Assembly: GCF_001194135.2 (NCBI RefSeq)
Contig: NC_069001.1
Span: 22,725,531 to 22,769,158, forward strand
Reading direction: 5' to 3'
Length of the DNA stretch: 43,628 nt
Origin: Octopus bimaculoides
Taxonomy: Eukaryota
Shown here in pieces: positions 22,490-35,870 of this stretch. The translations under genes and the position numbers were made by a program. Under the pieces are notes generated by a model. The model was not told the DNA's origin, did no database searches, and saw only the letters and a program-made list of their open reading frames with translations. Numbering within the stretch: the stretch's first letter is position 1; each line of letters starts with the position of its first letter.

Positions 22490-22700
22490 AAGGAGTGAAC
22501 TGGCAGAATTATTAGCACACTGGGCAAAATGCTTAGCGGCATTTCTTCAGTTCTGAGTTCAAAATTCACTGAGGTCAACTTTGCCTTTCATCCCTTCAGG
22601 GTCAATAAAATAAATACCAGTTGAATACTGGTGTTTATGTAATTGACTTACTCCTCCCCTAAAATTGCTGGCCCTGTGCCAAAATTTGAAACCAATATGC
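22490..22700 (+). mobile_element. SINE family B
   Basis: GAACTGGCAGAATTATTAGCACACTGGGC..CTTTGCCTTTCATCCCTTCAGGGTCAATAAAATAAATACCAG. Confidence 0.85.
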
Positions 22701-23099
22701 TCAGGGAGATTCATAAGTGATTAGGCAGATTGCTGTTGTATTTAGTAATTGGAGAACAAGTTTTGTCAGATGAATGTGTATTCATAATATACTGGATTCA
22801 TTGAGACACCAGTGTTTCAGCCTTGTGTGTCTCCCCAGTCACAGCTAACCAGAACCAATGAATCTAACAAGATTTTTTCCAGTTTTTGTTTATAGGATAC
22901 TGCAAATAAATTATTTGCTGAGCCATGCTGATGTCTGCTAATTGACAAGTGCATGGTAAACAGTAAGAATCAGAACAACAACATATATAATATATGCATT
23001 CTGAAGTCATTCAGGCAAATTTGGATGTAAATATTCAGCAAGCAGATTATTTGTTGGTGTGTAAAACAAGAGCCAAAGACTTGTTAAATTCATTGGTAC

Positions 23100-23356
23100 A
23101 TATTCTATTAGCCTCCTTTGCTGAAGTTACAGGGATGTAAACACACCAACACTAGTTGTCAAATAGTGATGGAGTCAAACAAAGACACACACACACACAC
23201 ACATATATATGAGAGGCTTTTTTCAGTTTCTATCTGTCAAATTCACTCATAAGGCTTTGGTTGACCCAAGGTTAAAGTAGAAGACATTTGTGCAAGGTGC
23301 TATGTAGTGGGATTGAACCTAGTTGGGAAGCAAACTTCTTATCACAGAGCCACGCT

Positions 23357-23404
<48 letters not shown>

Positions 23405-23414
23405 NNNNNNNNNN

Positions 23415-23455
<41 letters not shown>

Positions 23456-23665
23456 TGTTTGTTACTCTTTCCCATCATAACTTGACAACTGGTGTTGGTT
23501 TGTTTACATCACCATAACTTAGCAGTTTAGTGAAAGAGTCTGATAGAATAAGTACCAGATTTAAAAATAAATGCTAGAGGCAGGGGGCAATCTGCTTGAC
23601 TAAAATTCTTCAACGAAATGCCCAAGCATGGTCACAGTCCAATGACTGAAACAAGTAAAAGACAA
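23100..23665. mobile_element. SINE family A pieces: - strand copy 23100-23355 and + strand 3' half 23455-23665, separated by (GT)n and a gap
   Basis: Similarity to the full-length copies. Confidence 0.8.
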
Positions 23666-24587
23666 TAATTAAAAGAAATATATTATCAAAAAAAGTCTAG
23701 CAAAATAAGTTATTACGATTCAGTTGATATAGGTTTCCACCATATCAGATGAGAGCAGTACAGAAATACCAAGAATATGAGCAAGAAAAGAATGGATATT
23801 AAGTATGCTTCATTCACCAATTATCTTACAATTTTCTATAATTTCAATAAACAGTCGCACTGACCTTCTCTGTTCTCCTATATTTAGTGTTAAAACTGGT
23901 CTCACATAATGACAGACTTCACTGAGAAATGTTTGAGCCAACTAAATGTAGAGGACTAATGTTAATCATTTCAAAGTGATGTTCTTGTGAGAGAGAATAT
24001 TAGATACTCTTATGCAGAAACTGATAGGAATGCATGCATATTTTAAATGTGCATCAGAGCAGGTTTCTGTCTACCTAAATGCATGCATATATATTTATAT
24101 ATGTGAACCACACATGTATATATGTGTGTGTGTGCTCACAAATTGGAATGTGTGTGCAAATGGATATGGGATTGTCTGCTTGTATGCTTATTTACTTTTA
24201 TGAATGTGTGTAGGTTTATATGTATGTCAATTAATGCATGTGTATGTTTGGAAATATGTCTGTAAACCTCATCATATACTACATGCAATTATGCATGCAT
24301 AAAGATACACATATATGAACACACACCATACATGTTTGCATATACACGAATGCATTTGCATGTGTATAAATGTGTGTGTGTGTGTTTGTATCCATATATG
24401 TGTGAGCATGTGTATACAGACATGCAGTCACATGCGCATACATATATATCTATGCATACATTTGTATAATTTTAAATTTGCAATAGCAATTGGAAAAAGT
24501 AACATACAACCATGGTTATCTAAATTTGTGTATGCACAAATGAACACTCACATATACACCTCAAAAATATACTGCATCTACATTCCT

Positions 24588-24626
<39 letters not shown>

Positions 24627-25049
24627 GCATTATATGTGTGTGTGTGTAATTGAGAGAGAAGAGGGAAATAGATTTTTCCTTGTCCAAAGCATTTAGAATG
24701 CTGATAAATAGCTATAGGGTACGGTCAATAGGTCAATATACATGGCTATTAATTTAGCAGTTGAAAACCCCAAAGCTTTTATGCTGAAAGTCTCTTACTA
24801 AAATGGTTAAATGCAGCTTTAAAAATTGCTTTTATTGATTGTACTCAGTGGAAGTATTTTGTATTGACTGGTAATATAGATTTTGTTATTTGCATAGATT
24901 GGTATCAAAAGAAGCAGCAATATTATGGAGGGTAAACAATTGTACAGCAAATCTTCTTAGTAAGGCCAGGGTTGATAGTATTATCCTCTGTGATGATACA
25001 AAAGCACTGAGCTATATCTACATACATATATGTGTGTGTGTATATATAA

Positions 25050-25200
25050 GTGCTGGTGTGACTCTGTGGTAAGAAGATTGCTTCCCAACCATACAGTTCT
25101 GGGTTCAGTCACCTTGGGCAAGTATCTTCTATAGCATCGGGTAACCAAAGCTTTGTGGGTGAATTTGATAGGCAGAAACTGAAAGAAGCCTGTTGCATAT
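25050..25200 (+). mobile_element. SINE family A 5' half
   Basis: GTGACTCTGTGGTAAGAAGATTGCTTCCCAACC..GAAACTGAAAGAAGCCTG, then (TA)n. Confidence 0.8.
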
Positions 25201-25245
25201 ATATATATATATATATATATATTCATGTGCGTGTGTGTGTGTGTG

Positions 25246-25925
25246 TACAAGCCTGGGTGGAAAATGAAAAATGCCCATCATGGGAATGTGTTTATATATA
25301 TAATTTTATTAACAATATCACCATCAACATTTAAAATCTGTATTCCAAACTGGCATTAGTTGGATAGTTTGACAGGAACTAGCAAGGTCAGGGGCCGCAT
25401 CAGGCTCCATAGTCTGTTTTGGTTTGGTTTCTATGGATGGATGCCCTTCTTAATGCCAACCACTTTACAGAGTGTACTGGGTGCTTTTTTACATGGCATC
25501 ATCACCACTGCTTTTTATGTAGCACAACCACCTACACCAATGCTTTTTACATGGTAGTTTAGTTTTAGGATCTCAGTTCTGTTGTGGTGGATGGGTCTTC
25601 TTGAGTACAGCAATGCTCCACATATCTTGGTCCTCCGTCATATCCTGTCTCTTATTTCTAGTAATGTAGCTCTCTTTGACACCCTTATTCATGTTTAGCT
25701 GATGACTATACTTCTTTATATATATATATATATTTAATATATATNNNNNNNNNNNNNNNNNNNNNNNNNNNNNNNNNNNNNNNNNNNNNNNNNNNNNNNN
25801 NNNNNNNNNNNNNNNNNNNNNNNNNNNNNNNNNNNNNNTTATATATACACACACACACAGTATCAAGAATGTGATTTTATGAGGATACCTTTCCCGATGA
25901 ATGGGACGTTTTCCACATGGTTTGT
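25246..25925. mobile_element. Degenerate TA-flanked TIR element carrying nested RTE fragments
   Basis: Left end TACAAGCCTGGGTGGAAAATG, right end reverse complement TACAAACCATGTGGAAAACG; related end at 29506-29543; - strand RTE pieces at about 25358-25520 and 25570-25705 (TEDQDMWSIAVLKKT). Confidence 0.5.
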
Positions 25926-26204
25926 AAGATTTATTAATTTTCCTACCAGGACATGAACTCTAGAAATGGCCATTGAAAGTGAACCTCCCCAAACTGTATT
26001 ATAATCTTATATAAACCATTTACATTTTTAATAAACACACCGAAATCTATGGATCTTTTAATTAAAACTCTTAACTGCTCTTAATTTCAGTAGAAAATAT
26101 TTTTTTCAGTTCTCTTTTTATCAGTCCTCTTTTTCTCACACTTCCTTCCATTTGTATCCCACATGGGTTTTATTTACAAGTATTTTATGTATATTTATAT
26201 ATAT

Positions 26205-27000
26205 GAAGCCAGTATGCTCTGATGGATGTGTAATGTCAGTGTGCATACTCGAAAGAGCGTAAGTACCTTGAGAGAAAAGCTGAACCTAAGAAGCATCAGT
26301 TGTGGTGTGCAAGAGAGACGATTGTGCTGGTATGGTCATGTGGCGAGAATGGATGAGGATAGTTGTGTGAAAAAGTGCCACACCCTTGCAGTTGAGGGAA
26401 CCTGTGGAAGAGATAGACCCAGGGATGAGGTGGTGAAGCACAACCTTTGAACATTAGACCTCACCGAGGCAATGACTAGTGACCGAGACCTTTGGAAATA
26501 TGCTGTGCGTGAGAAGACCCAGCAAGCCAAGTGAGACCATAACATGTGGCCTTTGCCAAGGATGTAGCCAGCCCACTTATGCGTACCTCTCCTTCATTGG
26601 ACACTAAAACTCTGCTTGCAAAGACCTGCTGGGGCAAGTGAAATTGAAATTGAACCAAATTCGATGACTGGCTCCCGTACCAGTGGAGCGCTAAGAGAAC
26701 CATCCGAACATGATCATTGCCAGAGCAGCTGTCTGGCTCCTGTGCCAGTGGCACATGAAAAGCACCATTTGAGCGAGATCGTTACCAGTGTTGCCTTACT
26801 GGCACTTGTGCCAGTGACACATGAACAAAACATTCGAGCAAGGTCGTTGGCAGTGCCGTTAGACTGGCTCCTGTGCAGGTGGCACGTAAAAAACACCACT
26901 TGAGCATGGTTGTTGCCAGTACTGCCTGACTGGCCCTCGCACCGGTGAGACGTAAAAGCACTCACTACATTCTTGGAGTGGTTGGCTTTAGGAAGAGCAT
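26205..27000 (+). mobile_element. RTE LINE 3' fragment (RT C-terminus plus four-unit 3'UTR array)
   Basis: EASML*WMCNVSVHTRKSVSTLREKLNLRSISCGVQERRLCWYGHVARMDEDS; collinear with 14050-14830. Confidence 0.95.
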
Positions 27001-27229
27001 TCATATGTGTCAATATGTATTAATATATGTATACGCATTTTAAGTCGAATTAATAATTGTATGAGTATGATTGCCTAATTTGAGTTTATATTTTAGTTCT
27101 TATTTTTGTCTCAGGTTCAACCTGAGCACTTCTTTTAAGCAGTTCTATATATTTCGTAAGAAAGAACAATAATATTATATATATATACATGTGTGTGTAT
27201 TTTTTATATGTATGCTGGACAAATATCTT

Positions 27230-27626
27230 GTGATGGTTGTAAACGAGCATCACTGTCATGCAAGCAGTGTTGCTCATTTCCAGTCTTCTGTGAGAAACAT
27301 GTCTGGCTGCAGGGAAAATATTGCTTTGAGGATTGGTAACAGGAAGAGCACCAGGCTTCAGAAAATCTGCCTCTGTGAATGGGTCTGTCTGACCAATGTG
27401 AGTACAGAGAAGTGACAGTTAAGATGAGGAGGAATATCATGATGATGATGATGACGAAGATGACAATGATGATGATGACAATGACGACGACAATGGTAAT
27501 GATAGTGATGATGATGATGATGACAATGATAGCAAGGCTGATGATGACGACGATGGCAAGGATGATGACAACAATGGCAATATTGATGATGACGATGACA
27601 AGGATGATGATGATGATGATGATGAC
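27230..27626 (+). mobile_element. LINE/SINE 3' tail ending in a long degenerate (GAT/GAC)n run
   Basis: Similar to 40962-41250; runs into an N-gap. Confidence 0.55.
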
Positions 27627-29539
27627 NNNNNNNNNNNNNNNNNNNNNNNNNNNNNNNNNNNNNNNNNNNNNNNNNNNNNNNNNNNNNNNNNNNNNNNNNN
27701 NNNNNNNNNNNNNNNNNNNNNNNNNNNNNNNNNNNNNNNNNNNNNNNNNNNNNNNNNNNNNNNNNNNNNNNNNNNNNNNNNNNNNNNNNNNNNNNNNNNN
27801 NNNNNNNNNNNNNNNNNNNNNNNNNNNNNNNNNNNNNNNNNNNNNNNNNNNNNNNNNNNNNNNNNNNNNNNNNNNNNNNNNNNNNNNNNNNNNNNNNNNN
27901 NNNNNNNNNNNNNNNNNNNNNNNNNNNNNNNNNNNNNNNNNNNNNNNNNNNNNNNNNNNNNNNNNNNNNNNNNNNNNNNNNNNNNNNNNNNNNNNNNNNN
28001 NNNNNNNNNNNNNNNNNNNNNNNNNNNNNNNNNNNNNNNNNNNNNNNNNNNNNNNNNNNNNNNNNNNNNNNNNNNNNNNNNNNNNNNNNNNNNNNNNNNN
28101 NNNNNNNNNNNNNNNNNNNNNNNNNNNNNNNNNNNNNNNNNNNNNNNNNNNNNNNNNNNNNNNNNNNNNNNNNNNNNNNCTCGGCAAGCAATAGACACTT
28201 GATTCTCTTACAATAGTAAATTGGCTTCTCTGTCTTTTCTCTTTCAAAACTGATGATTATAATGTCTAATATCATTTCAATCTTTGTCGTTAATTCATTC
28301 ATATTTTCTTTTTTATTGGTATTGTTGCTTACATCGAACATTTAACTGTGATTCACCTAAATATTGGTTTTATTGAACAATTTCTGTAATATGTGGTTTT
28401 CTGACTAGAAAGAGGAAATTATACAAAACGTTATGAGTTGTTGATTTTTTTTTTTTTTTTTTATCTGATTATTTTAAGATTGATTGGGTAAATATTGGTT
28501 TACATACATGACAATCAAACATGATAAGTGAGCAGTGATTAAAATCAGAATTTGAAAGAAATTGTTATACTTACTGAAAATATGAGAATCAAAAGAAACA
28601 TTTATGAAAACCTTTACCCTACTTTATTAATTCTGCCCGAAAATCATACATTTATGTTGAATTTTTTTCCCCATTTCAGTGACTAGGTTAAGGAAGGTCA
28701 TTTTGTGATAATCATCCATACAGCCACAAATACACAAACGCAGTTATATATGTATGTATGTATGTGTTTTATATACACATTTCCTTATTCCAGCTACAAT
28801 GACTTTACTGTTGTGTAATGTCAGTCACTATGGAAACAAAACTGTCATACGATTCTGTTACCATAAAATATTTAGCACAATGGAAACAGTCTGAGAAACT
28901 TGGTGATGGTCTGCTTCATTAAAATGCTATGAAATGTAATTTGGGAGTCTGGATAAGTTTGTATGCTGTGGGGAGAAACAGAATCTAATTTTTCTTTTTC
29001 AAGATTCAGTTTCCATGCCATTTGACTTCTACAAAATTTGTGTTTGATTCAAAATATTAAGGCAGAACTATTTCACCTCAACTGACCCCGCTCTCTTTAA
29101 CACCATGCCAAGACACATAAGGGAAGAGAAAGACCTCATAACATTCAAATGGTTCCAACTATGTTGGTGCCACACAGGTACAGCTTCTTGTGCCTTTCTG
29201 GTTCTGGGGCACCTTGGGCAGATGTATTTTATTATAGGCCCAGGCCAGCTACTGTCTTATGAGTGAATTTGGTAGACAGAATTTATGTATATATATATAT
29301 ATATATATNNNNNNNNNNNNNNNNNNNNNNNNNNNNNNNNNNNNNNNNNNNNNNNNNNNNNNNNNNNNNNNNNNNNNNNNNNNNNNNNNNNNNNNNNNNN
29401 NNNNNNNNNNNNNNNNNNNNNNNNNNNNNNNNNNNNNNNNNNNNNNNNNNNNNNNNNNNNNNNNNNNNNNNNNNNNNNNNNNNNNNNNNNNNNNNNNNNN
29501 NNNNNCATGATGGGAATATTTCATTTTCCACCCAGTTTT

Positions 29540-29580
<41 letters not shown>

Positions 29581-29597
29581 AATATATATATATGCGA

Positions 29598-31165
29598 CAT
29601 CATCGCATCATAATTTAATGTTTGTTTTCTATGCTGGCATGGGTCGGACAGTTTGAAAGGAGCTGGCCTGCAGAAGAACTACCCAGACACCATATCTGTT
29701 TTGGCATGGGTTTTATGGCTGGATACCCTTCCTGGTGCCAACTAATTTACAAAGAGTACTGGAGGCTTTTATGCAGCACTGGTACAAGTGCTTGTACATG
29801 GCACCAACACAGGTGCACCCACGATCCCAGCTGAAGAGGGATTCAGGGGACATGCTTGTATGCAAGGACAACCATGATTTTACTTTGCATGACATGTCTT
29901 CTCAAACACAGCAAACCAGCAGAAGTTTCAGTTCCCAGTCATCTCTTCTGTGAAGCCCAACATCTAAAGATCCTTTCTCACCACTTCATTCCATGTCTTC
30001 TTGGGTCTATCCCTTCCACATATTCCCTCCACAATGAGAGATTGGCACTTCTTGATGCAACTGTTTTCATTCATACGCATTACACAGTGTTACCTTACTA
30101 ACTGTGTTACCTTACTACCTGTGTTACCTTACTAACACAGTCTTCTCTTTTGCACTCTACATCTGATGCATTGTACACCCAGTTTTTCTCTCAAATCACT
30201 TACTCTGTCATATATGCACACTGACATTACCCATCCAGCAGAGGATGCTGGCTTCATTTCTTTCAAACCTATGCATGTTCATACAGAGGCATCATACAAT
30301 CTGCCATTCACTGTGAGGGAGAGCCCTTTATTACTCACAAATGTAGTAGCACTTTGAACTTTGCCCAGCCTATTCTTATTCTAGCAGCTATGCTTTTGGT
30401 ACAAGCTCCACCACTAACTTAGCCACTTAAGTAATGAAAACTGTCTACTACTTCTAAGGATCCCCCCTGACATTTGAGGGAGTTTATTTATTTTTTTTTT
30501 TGTAAATTCCTGGTGTGTCATGTACCTGCACATCTGACGCTTATAAAGACTACTTTCTCTGTTAGGCTTCCAGTGATATTGCTGCACCTCTTGTGTGTCT
30601 TATAGCTTGCAATGGATACACCATATGGAGTTTCTCCTGACACCTTTTCTACATAGCAACCAGGGCCATTTTCCTGAAGAGATCTATGACTTCTCTGTTT
30701 TTACTCATTAGGACTTTGCTCTTTGCTAAGGACTTTGCTAAAGACTTTGTTCTTTGCTTCCATGCCTGACATTTCTTCTCTAGTTCTGGAAGTGATTCAG
30801 CAATAATAAAAAGTTATTTGTGTAGAGGAGCTCCCAAGTGTAGGTAGTCTTAAATTCTTCTGTTAGAGTCTGGAGGACTATGATAAACAAGAGGGATCTG
30901 AAAACCAATCCTTGGAGGACTCATACTTTACACTAAACTCCTTGCTAAACTCCTTGGCGATTTTCACCTTACTGACAACATTCCTGTACATGGCTTTTAC
31001 AGCTCTCACCAACCATTCATCTATACCTAATTTCTGCATTGGCTATCAGATAAGGGAGCAGGAGGACCTTGTCAAAAGTTTTCTCCATGTCAACAAAAGC
31101 CAAATACAGAGGTTTATTTTCGGCCAAGTACTTCTCCTGCAATTGCCACATCAGGAAGATAGCAT
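29598..31165 (-). mobile_element. Fragmented older RTE LINE (3' tail, RT C-terminus, PHD-like finger, RT N-terminal piece)
   Basis: Reverse frames give SGKWPWLLCRKGVRRNSIWCIHCKL..HKRCSNITGSL, ..LLPDVAIAGEVLGRK*TSVFGFVDMEKTFDK-like RT sequence and a RARIGWAKF-like segment. Confidence 0.85.
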
Positions 31166-31470
31166 CAGAGGTGTTTCTACTAAATTTCTGCTGGTATGGC
31201 TACTAAATTTCTAATTAAAGCAGTGGTGCATGGGGCCAGGGGGTGAAGTCTATGTGGATGTATGTTTTTTTCCTATTGTTGCATGTGACTTGGAAGTGGT
31301 ATAGTCTAAGAAAGTGTAACTCACCTTAATATTATGTACATTAAAATCCTTGTAATATTTATATCTTGGTAAGTATTACCTTATGAAGAATAAAATGTTT
31401 CTGGATATATATAGTCTCTTCATTTGGTTTTCTATAAGGATACTATTTTTCTGCAAAGAATTAAAACATA

Positions 31471-31632
31471 GGCGCAGGAGTGGTTGTGTGGTAAGTAGCT
31501 TGCTTACCAACCACATGGTTCCGGGTTCAGTCCCACTGCATGGCACCTTGGGCAAGTGTCTTCTACTATAGCCTCAGGCTGATCAAAGCCTTGTGAGTGG
31601 ATTTGGTAGATGGAAACTGAAAGAAGCCTGTC

Positions 31633-31673
<41 letters not shown>

Positions 31674-31872
31674 TGTGTGGCTGTATCTGTCCCCCTCAAC
31701 ATCACTTGACAACCGATGCTGGTGCCTTTACGTCTCCGTCACTTAGCGGTTTGGCAAAAGAGACCGATAGAATAAATACTAGGCTTACAAAGAATAAATC
31801 CTGGGGCCTGATTTGCTCGACTAAAAGTGGTGCTCCTGCATTGCCACAGTCAAATGACTGAAACAAGTAATA
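31471..31872 (+). mobile_element. SINE family A, full length, young
   Basis: GGCGCAGGAGTGGTTGTGTGGTAAG..GGTTCAGTCCC..(TA)n..GACTGAAACAAGTAA. Confidence 0.95.
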
Positions 31873-31984
31873 AAATTAAAAAAGTAAAAAAATAATACCC
31901 AAGACGTTTGGTGTGATTTAGTTGATGGCATTATCTACATTTAAGACAGAAACATGCTTCTGACGTTGTTATTCTTATTTTGTT

Positions 31985-32238
31985 AATCTTATTTAAGCCC
32001 CCTCTTATTTCTTTATTGCCCACAAGGGGCTAAACATAGAGGGGACAAACAAGGACAGACAAAGGGATTAAGTTGATTACATCGGCCCCAGTGCGTAACT
32101 GGTACTTAATTTATCGACCTTGAAAGGATGAAAGGTAAAGTCAACCTCGGCGGAATTTGAACTCAGAACGTAACGGCAGACAAAATACTGCTAAGCATTT
32201 CGCCCGGCGTGCTGACGTTTCTGCCAGCTCACCGCCTT
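31985..32238 (-). mobile_element. SINE family B, near full length
   Basis: Reverse strand GGCGGTGAGCTGGCAGAAACG..GTTCTGAGTTCAAATTCC..CCTTTCATCCTTTC..GTCGATAAATTAAGTACCAG..AATAAAGAAATAAG. Confidence 0.92.
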
Positions 32239-32889
32239 TTTTTGGCTCTGATTGCTCTTATTGCTAAGGTACTTTGTTTTTGTTCCCTTAATACCTCCAA
32301 CAGTCATTGCTCTGTTAAAATTTCTTTCTCTTGTTCCACCACTTAAGGTTAATAATCAAGTGATTTTTAGCAACTGTCCTCTCATTGTTGATGTCCCCAA
32401 CTCATGTAAGAAGGGTCTCTTGTCTATTAGGTTCTCTCCTCATACACCTTTTATATCAGAACCTCTCTTCCTTTTTCTTGTTTCTATTTTAAATATAATC
32501 CTTTTTAAATCTGTTGATCTATTTAGGGGAGATTCTCAATAGAATTTTTTCTACCTCCCAACAGACTAAGTGATCATTTGAGGCTTATGACCTATTTTCT
32601 TCAGCTTTTCCTCCCTTCTTCACATGGAAAATAAAGACCTGGGCATTTACTAAACACTCACCAAGTGAATATGTCTAGAATGATGCAGAACACAAAAGGG
32701 CCAGAGTGGAAACAACAAGGTATGTCATCTGATGTCTAACAATACTGCCAATCTAGCCATGGATTGGCAGCGCATTTATTGACTCCAAAGGATGGAATAC
32801 AATTTTGACTGGCAACTCAAAACACAGAGAGCATGTAGGTTTTTTTTATCCCTCTCTCTACCAACTGCGCCAACAGGCTTATATATGAC

Positions 32890-32899
32890 CACCACCACC

Positions 32900-32930
<31 letters not shown>

Positions 32931-33060
32931 CTACCACAACCACTACCATCTATACCACCACTACCAGTACCACCACCATCTCCATCATCATATGCATCAT
33001 TGTTTTACATCTGCTTTCTATGCAGGCATCGGTTGGATGTGCTGCCCTGGTCAGAGTTAG
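32890..33060 (-). mobile_element. (CAC/CAT)n run plus RTE-type 3' tail remnant
   Basis: TTTTACATCTGCTTTCTATGCAGGCATCGGTTGG is the reverse of the RTE terminal motif at 14915-14950. Confidence 0.6.
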
Positions 33061-33894
33061 CACTTATTCAGAGGGAACTGCTCCCAAGAATGAGTTGAAG
33101 GACTGCATGTCATTCATGCCTCACACATGTGTGTGTCTATATAGGAATGTTTATATATATATATATGTTTATATATATGTATGTGTGTGTATGTGCATAC
33201 ACACATATTTATTTATACGTACCAGCAATATACACAATACAAATGTGTTTGTGTGTCTGTATATGTGAACTTTTCTGTCTTATGTATATTCCATTTATCA
33301 AAGTTGTTGCCTTGTTTAGCCAAGTCTAAAATGGCTTTTATGTCCATTCAAGAATGCTATTGTGGTTTCATTAGCCATCCAACTAGTTAAGGGATTACCA
33401 TTATTTAGATATGCAAGATCAGACTCGATACTTGTCAAGAGGAAATTAATACGATGAGTAAGAGAGGAAGTTGAAATGAAATGTGCTTTGGTTATCAATG
33501 AATTCAGGATCTAGAAAGTTCCATGAAATATATACACTGTCGATTAGCTGATTAAGCCCAAATTTGCTTTCAATTCCACTCAGGTGATTGCACAAATCTT
33601 GACAGGATTTTAAAATGTATTTGAGAAAATTTCAGTTGCCATTGACATGTAGGCTACACCTCAGGAATACTGACCGTTTGTGTTGCTATTCATTGGTTGT
33701 TCTCTACAGGGTGTTTGCAATAGAAACACAGTTTTGTAATTAAACTCTGTATGAGTTTCTGTGTCTATTGATTGGTGCTAGATAATTATGAACAAAGTAT
33801 AAATGACTAAACATGCACACTTGCATATAAATACACACACACACATACACATCTATGTATGTGTATGTATATATATTACACACACACACGTAAT

Positions 33895-33964
<70 letters not shown>

Positions 33965-34083
33965 GTGGCAATATAATAAAATGTTGAATGAAAAATAGGT
34001 TTCTGAAAGCAATGAGTTTATGTTAAATTGAAATCATTTCAACTTTATCAAGTTTTCTCTAATAAAGCTATACATGTTGGTAC

Positions 34084-34230
34084 AGGCAAGGCTATGTGCT
34101 AAGAAATTTGCTTCCCAACCACATGGTTTCGGGTTCAGTCCCACTGCATGGCACCTTGGGCAAGTGCCTTCTGCTATAGTCCCAGGTTGACCAAAGCCTT
34201 GTGAGTGGATTTGGTGGATGGAAACACTAA
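34084..34230 (+). mobile_element. SINE family A 5' half
   Basis: Similarity to 31471-31625. Confidence 0.85.
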
Positions 34231-34728
34231 ATAGATACATATGTATATCTTAAATTCCGAGCTTTGAACTGAAATACAACAAAGGAACAAATGGAAAATT
34301 CCCACATGGGACAGAACCTTGCTAATTCCTCATAAGTTATCATCCAAAAGATCCTAATGATAAAAGTGTTCAATTTTGGTGACATCAGCAGGGAGAAACT
34401 GCTGGGAATAGCAAACAAACAGGGGTCTGTGATAAAAGCAAATATGGCAATATGTGAAATAAAAACAAAATGAAATAAATATACATTATACAAACAATAT
34501 ATGTGTATGTATATATATGTATATAAAAGTATGCAATTATAACATGCGTTTTCTCCATTCCTTAAATTTTTAAATATACTCAAATACCCAAAATTTCAAG
34601 GAGTTCCTGCCTTAAGAACAGGAACTACACCACAGTTATTTTGTGTTCTTTGCTACATTGGTTTCTATTAACCCATTTATTCTATCCGAAGAATTTTTAT
34701 TCATTAAGATAGAAGAAATACATATAAT

Positions 34729-34781
<53 letters not shown>

Positions 34782-34838
34782 ATAGAAAGGACAACAAAAG
34801 AAAGAAAGAGACCTCGATATTATGTAAATAGAGGAATT

Positions 34839-35003
34839 TATCTGTAAAAATATGTGACACTTATTCGGTAGCCATGATAAAATTTGGAGTTTTGGATGCC
34901 GGGATGGGAACCCATGCCAACATCTCTGAAGAGATGCCCACCCCGGCATCCGAAACTCGAAATTTTATCATGGCTACCGAATAAGTGTCACATATTACAG
35001 ATA
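34839..35003. mobile_element. Foldback/MITE-like palindrome with 51-bp core arms
   Basis: 34853-34903 versus 34942-34992 match at 49/51; the imperfect symmetry extends outward to TATCTGTA/TACAGATA. Confidence 0.85.
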
Positions 35004-35024
35004 TATATATATATATACACACAA

Positions 35025-35240
35025 GGCGGTGATCTGGTAGAAATGTTAACATGCCAGAAGAAATGCTTAGGAGTATTTCATCTGTCTTTATGTTCTGAGT
35101 TCAAATCCCACCAAGGTCGACTTTGCCTTGCATCTATTCAGGATCGATAAATTAAGTACCAGTTGCATACTGGGGTCAATCTAATCGATTGCCCGATCCC
35201 CCAAAATTCAGGCCTTGTGCCTAGAGTAGAAAAACACACA
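35025..35240 (+). mobile_element. SINE family B
   Basis: GGCGGTGATCTGGTAGAAATGTTAAC..GTCGACTTTGCCTTGCATC..GATAAATTAAGTACCAG. Confidence 0.85.
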
Positions 35241-35244
35241 TTGT

Positions 35245-35585
35245 AAAGTGGTTAGTGTCAGGAAGGGCATCCAATTATAGAAACCATGCCAAAGCAGACA
35301 ACTGGTGTCTGGTGTAGGTCTCTGGCTGACCAGTTCCTGTCAAACCACCCAGCCTCTACCAGCATGGAAAGCAGATATTAACTGCTGATGATAATGATGA
35401 TGTATGTGCATATATATATATATATATAATCTACACTCTCGGAGTGGTTGGCATTAGGAAGGGCATCCAGCTGCAGAAACTCTGCCAAATCAGATTGGAG
35501 CCTGGTGTAGCCATTTGGTTCACCAGTCCTCAGTCAAATCGTCCAACCCATGCTAGCCTGGAAAGCGGATGTTAAATGATGATGG

Positions 35586-35637
<52 letters not shown>
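35245..35637 (+). mobile_element. Two consecutive RTE 3' tails, each ending in (GAT)n
   Basis: AGGAAGGGCATCC..GGAAAGC(A/G)GAT occurs twice; the second matches 14810-14964. Confidence 0.85.
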
Positions 35638-35659
35638 ATGTGTATGTGTGTGTGTGTGT

Positions 35660-35870
35660 GTGTCATTGTGTCTGTGTTTGTCTCCACCACTGTTTAACAA
35701 CTGGTGTTAGTGTGGTTATGTCCTTGTCAATAAGCGGTTTAGCAAACAAGTCCAATAGTATAAGTGCTAGGCTTAAAGAAATAAGTCCTGGGGTCAATTC
35801 GTTCGACTAAAACCCTTCAAGGCAGTGCCCTAGCATTACTACCATCAAGTAACTGAAGTAAACAAAAGTA
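35660..35870 (+). mobile_element. SINE family A 3' half
   Basis: TGTGTCTGTGTTTGTCTCC..AAGTCCTGGGGTC..ACTGAAGTAAACAAAAG. Confidence 0.75.

Noticed and set aside
31324-32674. Minus-strand exon candidates (YPYRKPNEETIYIQKHFILHK, DFNVHNIK, a 13-nt microexon)
   Set aside because: Competing acceptors and frames, a 31-nt intron would be needed, and no unique consistent chain results.
34230-34430. Very strong - strand acceptor followed by PLFVCYSQQFLPADVTKIEHFYH*
   Set aside because: No convincing donor before the stop; the other open frame is compositionally intron-like.
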